Made by a program: the position numbers and the translations under genes
Origin: a virus
Virus record (IMG/VR): IMGVR_UViG_3300019776_000693
Span: 1 to 64,000 of that record
Strand: one strand, 5' to 3'
DNA: 64,000 bases
The notes under the pieces: model-generated
What the model was told of the DNA's origin: nothing
The model's database searches: none
What the model saw: the letters and a program-made list of their open reading frames with translations, nothing else
Shown: positions 36,181 through 46,038 of the stretch, piece after piece
Numbering within the stretch: the first letter of the stretch is position 1
Layout: each line of letters starts with the position of its first letter

Positions 36181-37862
36181 TATTGACAGTTAAAATATTT
36201 TGATTCTGCTTCTTTTAAGTTTTCTTTTTTTATTTCTGTATATGTATCAGGAAATGTAGATTCATTTAAATATCTATTAATATTTATGTCAGAAAATGTT
36301 TTTTCTTCTGCTTCTACTTCTTTGTAAAAAGAAATGTTTCCTTCTTGATAAATCATTTCATAATTTGCTTGATTAGTGCTTAAAAATTGATTTGTATTGT
36401 TTTTAGTTAATAAAACACCGTCTTCTAATATTGTGTAATTTGTTGTTATTTTAGGTGCTACTATTTCTCCTTTAAATATTTTACTTCTTAGCTCATCTTC
36501 TGTGTTAAAACTTTCTTCTTGAACAATTTCTTCTTTGTATAAATCTGCTTTAGCTTTTGTTATAGGGTCATTACTTACAAGTTGAATTCCTTTTGAAGTT
36601 GCTTTTAAAAATGGATTATTTATAGCTTCTGATAAATTTACAAAAGAAGGTTTTTTATTTGATTTAGTTTTTATAGGTGCATTTAAGAAATTTTTCCAAA
36701 TATACATAGCTTCTAAAATATCAGATTCTGTTACTTCATCTTCTACTTGCATTTCGGAAACTTTAGCTTGTACTTGCTCTTTTGTTTTTAACTCTTTTTG
36801 TTGTTTAAAAAAATAATTATATAAATCTTCTATGTTTTCAGGAACTACTTTTGTGTAAACATCGCCCTCTTTTCTAATTAAATTGTGGTCTCTGAATAAT
36901 TCATATTCTGTTAATTCTGTATCTAGTTTGATATCATTGCCTAAATCTTGGGGTTCTTCTGCCGAGATATTAAAAAAATTATCATAAATTTCTGAAAAAT
37001 TATCATTAGGGTTTTTTATATATGCTTCTAAACTTCCTATGAAAGATTTAAATTGATTTAAAGGTAATACTTTATCTTCTATTCCTCTTAAATCAATTCC
37101 ATATTTTACCACTTCTGTTTCTATTCCTTTTGCAACATCCTTTAATTCTGTGTTGTTTCTTTGCGCAACATTTTCAGTAACTGCAAACACAGATGAAAAT
37201 AACATATCTAATTTTTGTGAAACAGGTTCAGAATTAATAGGATACGTTTTTCTTAAAGTTTGTAAAGTATCAGATTTTTTAGGTTGTATTTCTCCATTAA
37301 TTATCTCATTTACACCTTCTTCTTTAACTTCAATATAAACTTTTTGTTTTCCAAAAATTGTAAGTTCATCTGAATATTTTAATTCCTCTCCATTATAATC
37401 TACATTAAATTCAGAATTATTAACTTTAAATATATTATCTTTTATAGAATTTTGTAATTCTTTATTAGATAATATAGCTGTTATTTCATAATCATTATAT
37501 CCCGCTTTTTTAAGTTTTGTTTTATTAAAAATAACTACATTGTTATCATCCAAAAAAGCTTGTTGTAGTTGAGTAAAAAGTTCATAATTATTACTTACTC
37601 CGCTTTCTATAACAGATTGTTTTTGTTCTGTTGTTAATTGCTCTTGTGTAGATGTAGCGTAAGTTATTACATCTTTTATAGTTGGTGCTGTATAAATTGT
37701 TTTAAAATTATCTGTTTCTGTTAAAGCATATAAATCTAACGCTTTTTCTGCACCAAATAAATTTTTTAATTCATCAAATAAAACACTTCTTTCTCCATTA
37801 GGTAAATTAATATATTCTATTTCATTATTTTGATTGTAATGTATATCACAAGCTATTCCCAT
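36180..37862 (-). CDS. Internal virion protein (560 aa)
   Basis: N-terminus homologous to that of the 1815-aa protein. Confidence 0.55.
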   Translation of the reverse strand: MGIACDIHYNQNNEIEYINLPNGERSVLFDELKNLFGAEKALDLYALTETDNFKTIYTAPTIKDVITYATSTQEQLTTEQKQSVIESGVSNNYELFTQLQQAFLDDNNVVIFNKTKLKKAGYNDYEITAILSNKELQNSIKDNIFKVNNSEFNVDYNGEELKYSDELTIFGKQKVYIEVKEEGVNEIINGEIQPKKSDTLQTLRKTYPINSEPVSQKLDMLFSSVFAVTENVAQRNNTELKDVAKGIETEVVKYGIDLRGIEDKVLPLNQFKSFIGSLEAYIKNPNDNFSEIYDNFFNISAEEPQDLGNDIKLDTELTEYELFRDHNLIRKEGDVYTKVVPENIEDLYNYFFKQQKELKTKEQVQAKVSEMQVEDEVTESDILEAMYIWKNFLNAPIKTKSNKKPSFVNLSEAINNPFLKATSKGIQLVSNDPITKAKADLYKEEIVQEESFNTEDELRSKIFKGEIVAPKITTNYTILEDGVLLTKNNTNQFLSTNQANYEMIYQEGNISFYKEVEAEEKTFSDININRYLNESTFPDTYTEIKKENLKEAESKYFNCQ

Positions 37863-37900
37863 TGTCTATTTAATTTTAAAATTTGTTTAATGTGGTAATA

Positions 37901-38125
37901 CTACTTTATTGGTTTAAATTTACTAATATGTTCTTTAAAGTTTGTATCTGCTTGTTCTTTAGATATAGGATTTCCATTATCATCTAAGTCTATCCAAGTG
38001 TTTTTAGGCAAAGACATAATTTTATTAAGATAATCTTCATCTTCAGGTTTTAGAATTGCACCACTTTCCTTTGCTATCTTTAAAATATTAGCTCTTATTC
38101 CTCCGTTCATTATTTGTGTACTCAT
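37901..38125 (-). CDS. Small hypothetical protein
   Basis: 74-aa ORF between giant virion genes. Confidence 0.55.
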   Translation of the reverse strand: MSTQIMNGGIRANILKIAKESGAILKPEDEDYLNKIMSLPKNTWIDLDDNGNPISKEQADTNFKEHISKFKPIK

Positions 38126-38420
38126 AATTTTATATTTTAATTATCATACTATTGCCAACAAATGTTTGTGTAAATAATCATAGTAACTATTAGTATTAAG
38201 TTTCGGCAGTTTTTTAAATTTTTTGCCGAAGTTTAACTTTTGACTAAGTTAATTAAAATTTTCTTTTATAAAATAATTAGTTTCATAGTTATAATCAAAA
38301 TAATCTCTCTGTTTTACCGTTCACATCATCTATATAATCAACGTAATAAGCTAACATAATATTACAATATCCTCTTTTTAAAAACTTTACAACCATAAAT
38401 TCGTTTACTTAATTCTTATG

Positions 38421-38451
38421 CAAATATAGAAAAATAATTTCAGATATCAAA
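38421..38451 (-). promoter_or_regulatory. Bacteroidota sigma-A type promoter
   Basis: TTTG (38448-51)-N19-TATATTTG (38421-28) on - strand. Confidence 0.72.
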
Positions 38452-38460
38452 ACTAATTAA

Positions 38461-38487
38461 AGAAAAAAGGAGAGATTTCTCTCTCCT
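38461..38487 (-). terminator. Intrinsic terminator after 1673-aa gene
   Basis: AGGAGAG/CTCTCCT stem plus T6, overlapping the stop codon. Confidence 0.75.
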
Positions 38488-41400
38488 AACACTCTTTTTT
38501 ACTTTTAGAGGATTCTTTTTTCTTATCTTCTTGCAATTGAATTATATCATCATATTCTGCTTTTAATAAAAAATCTGAATTAATTTTATTTTCCAATTCG
38601 TTTATTTTTTTATTTTTTTCATTATACACAGAGAAAAAGTTTTTACCTCTATTTGTAGCCATTTTTTTAATCTGACTTAATACCTGGTCTTTTATTCCTT
38701 CTGAATAGGAATTATAATCTTCAACTAATTTAGAAAACTTTTTATTAGAAACAGACATCGAATATGTATTTCCTTCATTATCTGTTATATAATTAAAATT
38801 AGCTCCTTCAAATTTAAACGTGCTTTCTGTCACACTTGTTGGAATATTTCTTCCTATTTTACTTAACTCTTTTCGCGCTTCAAATAAATCATTTATTTCC
38901 TGAGATATTTTTTCTTCTGTTTGTATTTCATTTTTGGCGTTTACAAGGGTATTATAATCAATCACAATTTTTGGTGATAATAGCATTGGCTTTTCAACAT
39001 CTAAATTAACAGATATTTCTTTTGTTAACTGTTCTTTATTGTGTCCTTTTTCAAACCAAGCTGTACTATACTCTACTTTATCTTGTAATTTGTTTAATTG
39101 TTCTATGGCGATTTCTAACTCTTCAGAAGTTTTTCCGTCAGGCTGAAACATATTATTGTTATCTTCGGAAATATAGAATAATTCAGAGTTAATACCATTT
39201 AATTTCAATTGTCTATTCATTTCAATGGCTAATTGAGCTTTAGGTAAACCTCTTTCCATTATCTCAGTTCCTATATTTTTATCAATTGTTTTTAAAGCTA
39301 CAGGATATGCAAATTTAATATTACCTTCTTGTAAAATTATAATAGGTAAATTTTTATTTAAACCTTTTAAAAAATCTGTTCTTACTCCTTTAGTAGCTCC
39401 TCTTAAATTTGTTTTTGCGCCGTCCCAAACTCCATAATCTAAAACTCTTTCGGGGTTTACAATATCAAATTCTTTTATTTTACCACTATCGTCTAAAACA
39501 ATATTTGGCGCACCTAAAAATACAGTTTGTACATCTACATATCCTAATTCAATCCTTGTATTTCCGCTTGAATTTAATAAATCATAAGCTTTTTCTCTAA
39601 AAGTTAAAAATGATGTATTATCTTCTCCTCCGTAATTAGCTTTTAAATCTGCTACTTTATTTCCATTAGTGTCATAAAAAGAAATTTTTAAATTGTCTTT
39701 TATTTCTTGTTCAGATTTATCAGAGTTTACTAAAGTACTATTATAAGAATCTTGTAAATCTATGATAGCTGTTAACTCATCGCCATTTTTTAAATTGTAT
39801 ATTTCTTGTGCGGAATAAGTGTCTACATCTGTAAATTCAGATTTCATAGGTTCTCCATTCAAATAAACAATAGAGTATCCACTTTTGGTTTTTCTAAATG
39901 GTAGGTTAAAAGCATCTTTTTTAATTACTAATTTTCCACCTTTCAAAACTCTTACATTAGTATTTCCATAAGAAATTACATCTCCTTCTTCAACTTTTAT
40001 TCTATCATTAATAGAAACTCTTTTAGATGATTTTGCGCCACTTTTAGTTAAAATTGCTTCTATTTGTCCTTGTGCTTCTAAAAGTTGATTAGGAGTCATG
40101 TGAGAGATTATTACATCTCCTTTATCCTGTCTTACAAAAACATTTTGAGGTGTTTGTAAAATATCAAATCTCCTGTCTTTGTCCTCTAAATCTTCTAATT
40201 TTTCAACATCCTCTTCTGTTAAAACTCCTTCATCGGTAGGTTTTGTTATCTCTTTATTTAAAACGATTTGTTGTTGAATAAGCTCTGCAATAGATACTCC
40301 ATCATAAACAGCTCCCTCTAATAATTGCCAATTAGCAAACTTGGTATTTAACTCTACAAGTCTATCAATTTCTTCTTGATTTAAATACTTTTTAAATAAA
40401 TCTAATTGTAAATTATTATAAGTGAATTCTTTATTATCAAAACTAGGGTCATTTAATACAGGAGAGTATAGTTCTATATATTCTATTAATTCTTCATCTG
40501 TTGGTAATGTTTGGTCGAAATTTTCTCCGACTTGCTCGAATAAGTAAGGATTATTTTTTATTAAATCTGTAATGTATTGAACTAAATTTTGTTTATTATC
40601 TATACTCTCTTGAGGTCTAATTGATACTCCATCTTTTTGTTTAGATTTTTCAGTGACCTCTTTTATTTTATTCTTAGTGATTTCTACCTCTGCATTATCT
40701 TTTTCAAAATGAGTATCCATTAAGGATTTAATCATTTCTAAGGCATCCTCATTAGGTGTAGTTTTTCTAAGTAACAATTGACTCAGAGGACTTCTTCTTC
40801 CTAAATCAATATTAATCATTTGATTAGTTCTCTCAGAATATTTTTTCCACGCCCCTAAAGATTTTTCATACTCGTTTAAAAGTACTGTTAATCTTTCTGC
40901 TTTTTCAGGATTAGCGTTTCTTAATTGCTCAATTGAAGATAGTGTTTCTTGTATATTTTTATCTAAATTATTTAATTCATCATTTGAAATTATTTCATCT
41001 TTATTCTGTCCTAATGGATTTTCTAATTTAGCTGATTTATATAAAACATTCCATGAATTATTTAATTCAATTTCTTTTTGAGATAACTCATCTCTTTTTT
41101 GAGTTAATTCGTTTAAATTGTTTAAAGCTGTTTGTCTTTCCTCTGGCGTGGTTGCTTTTTCAACAATTGCTTGTAAATCTCTAAAAGTTTTTTCTGTATT
41201 TTGTAATTCTTTTTGAACGTTGCCTAATTCTTTTTTAGTTTCATTAAGTTTTCTTTTTGTAGCAGTTGTTGATTTTTTAATAACATCTGCTATTTCAAAA
41301 CTTTTACTAACTCTTGTAGAACCAAAAGAATTTTGCAATTCATTATGAAAAGCTCCTAACATTTCATCAGCATGTTTATAGGCATTTTCGCCCATAAATA

Positions 41401-43507
41401 ACTCATAAGTTAACGCCTGTTTTAAAATATCAGACGCTTGCTCTTTGGAAACTTTACTTCCTAATTTTTTAGTTACTTCTTCTAATTCTCCATTTCTTAC
41501 TTTACTTCCAATGATAAAATTAGAAAATTCATTTATTCTTTTATAGTTTTTATATTGAGATTGTAATTCTTCTTTCATTGAAGCTTTAACTTCTTGTGCT
41601 TGCTCTAAAGAAATACCTTGATTATTAGCTATTTGATTTTCATCTAATAAATCTATTTGGTTTTCTAAAAGACCTACTTGCTCATCTAAGAAATTTAAAG
41701 CATTTCCTCTTTGAAATTGAGCGTGTAAAGCAAAAGCTCTTGCTTGTTGTCCTCCTAATAAGTCTCCTTTTCTTTTAGCATTTTCTTCGGCTTTATTTGA
41801 AGCTAAAACACGATTTGCCATAATCATGTTTTCAATGGCTACTTTGGAGGTATAATTAGAGTTTTTACCGAATTCTTTTTCTATTTCTTCATTTCTTCTT
41901 TTTTGCGCCGTAAATTCATGGTCAAAGTTTAATCCTTTAGTACTATACATTCCTGTCATATTACCTGCTAAAGCACCTACAAGCATCCCTGTAAACACTT
42001 CATTAAGCCCTTCTTTTGTAGAATAAACATCACCAAAAGATTTAGTAAATGATTCAACTAAACCATAATTTTCTTTTGCATAATTTTTATCATACGAACT
42101 TTTAATCATATAATCTGCTGTACGACTACCAACAGATTGCAAACCTTCTTCAAAAGCTCCTTCTACTAAAGCACCTTTACCAAAAGTTGACCAACCTATT
42201 TGCAGACCTTTTTGAAATCTTGAGGCTTGGATAGTTTCTACTGCTCCGTCTACCACTTTAGTACCTACTCCAAAAATAGATTTATTTAATGATTCTGTAA
42301 TTCCTGTTTTAGGAAGTTTAAAATTCATTAATTTGCTAAATTGAGCTAAATTTGAAGCCCCTACTAAAGCTAAATTATATGTAAATAGTCCATTAGCTGT
42401 TGATTTTAATTTATCTTCAAAATCTGACAACTCTTCTGCCTCAGGTTCTCTACCATTTTGTTTTTTAAATTGTTCTTTAAAATCTCTTCTAGCTTCATTC
42501 ATGTACGCACGAGCTTCAAATCCTGCTTCGTACCCTGCACTAGTAACTACACTTCTTGTTATGTTTAGAGCTTCTCCTGCTCTTCCTCCGTAAATACCTC
42601 CTTTAAGACCTAATAATGAGTTTCTTGTCGCTAAAGACGGTAAGATAACTGCTTCTTGTTTAGCTACTTTTGCCAATCTTGTTACATCATCTAAATACTT
42701 AGTTGCGTCTAAAGTTTTGTCTGTAATTCTGCCTGCTTTCCCTAATATATTAGCTATTATTGTACCTAATCTTGTTCCTGTTGTTGATAAACTTGTACCT
42801 CCTGTTACAGTAGCCCATATTCCTTCTGTAACTAGAGCTCCTGTGGTAAATGCTAATCCTTGAAATATATCATCAAAAATAAGATTAGCAGTTCCTTTAC
42901 CCATAAAATCTTGTTTATTTTGAGCAGAAATGTAATTAGCATAATCTACATTCATTTTTTCTTGATGTAAATCTAAAGCTTTATTAAAGTCATTATCATA
43001 AAGGGCAGAAAAACTACCCTCTTTAATCATATTACCAATTCCATATAAAGCTCCTAATGTACCTCCTATAATACCTACTCCAGTAGTATCTGCAAACTTA
43101 ATCAACCCATTTTCTGCTTTATCCCATACAGATTGACTTTTAGCATAATTCTCATAATTATTTATTCCTGGAGTGTATGTTTCAAATTTTTTATACATAC
43201 TACCATCAGAAAGTTCTTGATACAATTCTCCTACATTATAATTTCTTGTCGTCCAAGATAATTTAGGATTATTTTCTTCAATTCTTTTTCCAAAAGCTAA
43301 TCTAGGGTCTCCCGAAGCAGATACTTTATTTATTCTGTTTTGAATCTCTGCTTTTTTACTTTCTAATGCGGAAGATTTACTAAATTCATTTATAGCTTGT
43401 AATGATTCAGTAGATAAAGAAGAAGGAGGATATGTTTCCTCCAACGACTTTTTAAATATATCAAAATTTTGATTGGCTAATTCTTTTCCGTCTATTTCTC
43501 CAAACAT
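38486..43507 (-). CDS. Giant internal virion / ejection protein (1673 aa)
   Basis: Gly/Ala-rich hydrophobic segments near N-terminus, long coiled coil; typical podoviral ejection-protein layout. Confidence 0.6.
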   Translation of the reverse strand: MFGEIDGKELANQNFDIFKKSLEETYPPSSLSTESLQAINEFSKSSALESKKAEIQNRINKVSASGDPRLAFGKRIEENNPKLSWTTRNYNVGELYQELSDGSMYKKFETYTPGINNYENYAKSQSVWDKAENGLIKFADTTGVGIIGGTLGALYGIGNMIKEGSFSALYDNDFNKALDLHQEKMNVDYANYISAQNKQDFMGKGTANLIFDDIFQGLAFTTGALVTEGIWATVTGGTSLSTTGTRLGTIIANILGKAGRITDKTLDATKYLDDVTRLAKVAKQEAVILPSLATRNSLLGLKGGIYGGRAGEALNITRSVVTSAGYEAGFEARAYMNEARRDFKEQFKKQNGREPEAEELSDFEDKLKSTANGLFTYNLALVGASNLAQFSKLMNFKLPKTGITESLNKSIFGVGTKVVDGAVETIQASRFQKGLQIGWSTFGKGALVEGAFEEGLQSVGSRTADYMIKSSYDKNYAKENYGLVESFTKSFGDVYSTKEGLNEVFTGMLVGALAGNMTGMYSTKGLNFDHEFTAQKRRNEEIEKEFGKNSNYTSKVAIENMIMANRVLASNKAEENAKRKGDLLGGQQARAFALHAQFQRGNALNFLDEQVGLLENQIDLLDENQIANNQGISLEQAQEVKASMKEELQSQYKNYKRINEFSNFIIGSKVRNGELEEVTKKLGSKVSKEQASDILKQALTYELFMGENAYKHADEMLGAFHNELQNSFGSTRVSKSFEIADVIKKSTTATKRKLNETKKELGNVQKELQNTEKTFRDLQAIVEKATTPEERQTALNNLNELTQKRDELSQKEIELNNSWNVLYKSAKLENPLGQNKDEIISNDELNNLDKNIQETLSSIEQLRNANPEKAERLTVLLNEYEKSLGAWKKYSERTNQMINIDLGRRSPLSQLLLRKTTPNEDALEMIKSLMDTHFEKDNAEVEITKNKIKEVTEKSKQKDGVSIRPQESIDNKQNLVQYITDLIKNNPYLFEQVGENFDQTLPTDEELIEYIELYSPVLNDPSFDNKEFTYNNLQLDLFKKYLNQEEIDRLVELNTKFANWQLLEGAVYDGVSIAELIQQQIVLNKEITKPTDEGVLTEEDVEKLEDLEDKDRRFDILQTPQNVFVRQDKGDVIISHMTPNQLLEAQGQIEAILTKSGAKSSKRVSINDRIKVEEGDVISYGNTNVRVLKGGKLVIKKDAFNLPFRKTKSGYSIVYLNGEPMKSEFTDVDTYSAQEIYNLKNGDELTAIIDLQDSYNSTLVNSDKSEQEIKDNLKISFYDTNGNKVADLKANYGGEDNTSFLTFREKAYDLLNSSGNTRIELGYVDVQTVFLGAPNIVLDDSGKIKEFDIVNPERVLDYGVWDGAKTNLRGATKGVRTDFLKGLNKNLPIIILQEGNIKFAYPVALKTIDKNIGTEIMERGLPKAQLAIEMNRQLKLNGINSELFYISEDNNNMFQPDGKTSEELEIAIEQLNKLQDKVEYSTAWFEKGHNKEQLTKEISVNLDVEKPMLLSPKIVIDYNTLVNAKNEIQTEEKISQEINDLFEARKELSKIGRNIPTSVTESTFKFEGANFNYITDNEGNTYSMSVSNKKFSKLVEDYNSYSEGIKDQVLSQIKKMATNRGKNFFSVYNEKNKKINELENKINSDFLLKAEYDDIIQLQEDKKKESSKSKKEC

Positions 43508-45990
43508 TACTTAAGGGTTTGTTTTATAGTTTCTTTTGTTGCATATTCATCAGAAATTTCTTTACTTAATTCGTATAAAGTGAATTGAGCAGGAAATATT
43601 TGTTGAGCATGAAAATATTCTTTATTTATAGAATCGCTTGTAAATTCTTTTGTCTCCCCATTGATTTTTAAATTCCAAGCACTGTTCATAGGTACTAAAT
43701 CTGCTCTTACTGCTTTTCTAGCTACTTTATCAACTATATTTGCTGACATATTTTGTGCTTCTTGTTCTGAAAATCCTTTTTGTTGTAAAATTATAGAGAA
43801 CATATCAATAGCATCTTGCTTACTTGCAAATGTTTTTAAACCGTTAGCTAATTCTATATCTTTTATTGTACTATCTATATTTTTATATGTACTTGATATT
43901 TGCTTTCTTTCTTTTAATCCATCATACACTCTATGTTCTTTTGAAGCAAATATTGGCTTACCTTTTTCAAAATCAGAGGCTTTTAAACTTCTTTCATTAT
44001 CATCAATAGATAATTCTAGTTGACTTGCTAGAGCAGAGCCTTTTATTGGAACTATTGCTTTTGCAATTTTTACATTTCCTTTTGAATCAACTCCTTGATA
44101 TTCTGTTAACTCTAAAGTTCCTTCTTCTGTATTTTTTTTAACTGTTATATTAGCTTTTTCAGAAAATTTTTGACCCGATAACGCATCTGAAGGTACTAAT
44201 TTTAAAACTTTTTGAGCACTGTCTCCTGAAATAGTTATAACATTTTTTTGTAAAATATATTCAGATTCAGGTATGTCTTTTAAATTTTTACCAATATCCT
44301 CAGTGGTTGGTTCTGTTGCTTGTCCATAAACTGGGACATCTTGATATTGAGGTATACCTTTAACAGAAGAAGGTATTTGTTGTTTTCTATATCCAACTAT
44401 AACTCTTCTAGGTACAAAATTTTTCTGTGCTTTTACTTCCGCCTCTTTTAATAATTTTGCGATGCGTCTTCTTTGGATATCTGCTTCTACTACTTCTGCT
44501 TCAACTTGAGCACCGTTAGCACTTTCTATATCCATTCGTGATTCATAAAAAGCTTTTATAGAAGCATCTGCTTTAGATGCTGTAACTCCTTTTCTTAATG
44601 TAAAATCATCTGTTTTTGGGTTATAATCAAAACCTGATTTTTTCATAGAAGCTATATAACCAATTTTAGTATCTCCTTCGGGTAAATTTTTAAATGCTTC
44701 TGTTGTATTATTAACTACAGTGTTATAACCGTCGTTATATGCTTTTTTAACTTGTCCATAAACATCTAAATCAGGAACAACTTGATTCAATTCAGGATTT
44801 AAAGCTATATCGGAAAGTGGAATGGCTTGGTCATAAGTGCCATTAGCTGTTCTTTTTAAACCTTTTTGTAAAGCCTCTGCTTCTTTTAACGCTAATGCTC
44901 TGTCTGCTCTTACATCATCTCTGTATGCTTTAGCTATATCTTCTTTTGCTTTCCATACATCATTAACTTCATAAGTTTCATTAATTCTAGCTCCTGCAAG
45001 CTCTGAAAATGTGTTTACAAGTTGGTTCTTTTTTAATAAATATCCTATATTATCTACTGATAAATTATCTATATTATTTAAGTTTTGAGTATAGCTATCT
45101 CTTCTACTTTCAAGAATATTTTTTTGTCTTGTAGCGTCTTCTACTTTATCTTTTGTGACATTTGCTTTTATAGTAGCTTCTTGAATTGCGATTTCATCAT
45201 TCATTCTATCTATACTTGTAGTAAGCATATCTCTGAAATCTTTTTTTGCTTCTGCGGGATTTGTTTTATATTCTCCCCATCCGTCAATAACTAATTGTTG
45301 TTCTGTCTCTGTATCGATTATACCTGGAATATATTTTAAGATTTCATCTGATGTAAGTCCGTTTATTTTTCTTACTGTTTTTTTTGCAGGGTCATTAGGG
45401 TCTACAATTTCAACAGTTTGTTCTCCTTTCAATTGCTTATATTTCAAAGCTTTTTCTGTCATTTTTTCTATTGGGTCACCTGCATAAGGAACATAAGATA
45501 AAGTGCCTAATTTAGTATCTACATTTCCACTTAAATAATTATTAAGCCCTGCTTGATATTTAGCATATTCATAATTATTTTGATTAAATGATTTTGGGTC
45601 TTTTTCTTTTAATTTTGCTACTCCTGCTTCAAAATTTTGAATATCTTGAGCATATTTCATGTGAGTTTTTACTTTATCATCAATGGCAGAAGTGATATAT
45701 CTACTTAATTCTGTTGTAACTGAATTACTTAATAATCCTCGTCCTGCACTTGCTTTTAGGTTAGCATTTACTAAATTTAAAGCTCCTTGTACTTTATCTC
45801 CTAAATATTTTTTAGCATCTTCTTGTAATAAAGGAATAGAGGAGACTTTAGAAACAAGTTCCTCTAATTTTGCTGTATTTACATCAAATTTTTGTTGTAG
45901 TGCCCCTTGAACCTGTCCACTTAGTAAAGCATCTTGTAGATAATTTACAGGTTGTCCAAAATTTTTAGGAATATATTCGCCAAATGACAT
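43507..45990 (-). CDS. Internal virion protein (827 aa)
   Basis: Helical protein in cargo cluster. Confidence 0.55.
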   Translation of the reverse strand: MSFGEYIPKNFGQPVNYLQDALLSGQVQGALQQKFDVNTAKLEELVSKVSSIPLLQEDAKKYLGDKVQGALNLVNANLKASAGRGLLSNSVTTELSRYITSAIDDKVKTHMKYAQDIQNFEAGVAKLKEKDPKSFNQNNYEYAKYQAGLNNYLSGNVDTKLGTLSYVPYAGDPIEKMTEKALKYKQLKGEQTVEIVDPNDPAKKTVRKINGLTSDEILKYIPGIIDTETEQQLVIDGWGEYKTNPAEAKKDFRDMLTTSIDRMNDEIAIQEATIKANVTKDKVEDATRQKNILESRRDSYTQNLNNIDNLSVDNIGYLLKKNQLVNTFSELAGARINETYEVNDVWKAKEDIAKAYRDDVRADRALALKEAEALQKGLKRTANGTYDQAIPLSDIALNPELNQVVPDLDVYGQVKKAYNDGYNTVVNNTTEAFKNLPEGDTKIGYIASMKKSGFDYNPKTDDFTLRKGVTASKADASIKAFYESRMDIESANGAQVEAEVVEADIQRRRIAKLLKEAEVKAQKNFVPRRVIVGYRKQQIPSSVKGIPQYQDVPVYGQATEPTTEDIGKNLKDIPESEYILQKNVITISGDSAQKVLKLVPSDALSGQKFSEKANITVKKNTEEGTLELTEYQGVDSKGNVKIAKAIVPIKGSALASQLELSIDDNERSLKASDFEKGKPIFASKEHRVYDGLKERKQISSTYKNIDSTIKDIELANGLKTFASKQDAIDMFSIILQQKGFSEQEAQNMSANIVDKVARKAVRADLVPMNSAWNLKINGETKEFTSDSINKEYFHAQQIFPAQFTLYELSKEISDEYATKETIKQTLK

Positions 45991-46007
45991 AGTTTTCTAT
46001 ATTTTTA

Positions 46008-46038
46008 CAAAGATAAAGAAATTATAATTAATTTCCAA
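46008..46038 (-). promoter_or_regulatory. Bacteroidota sigma-A type promoter
   Basis: TTG (46036-38)-N20-TATCTTTG (46008-15) on - strand, 17 nt before ATG. Confidence 0.72.
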
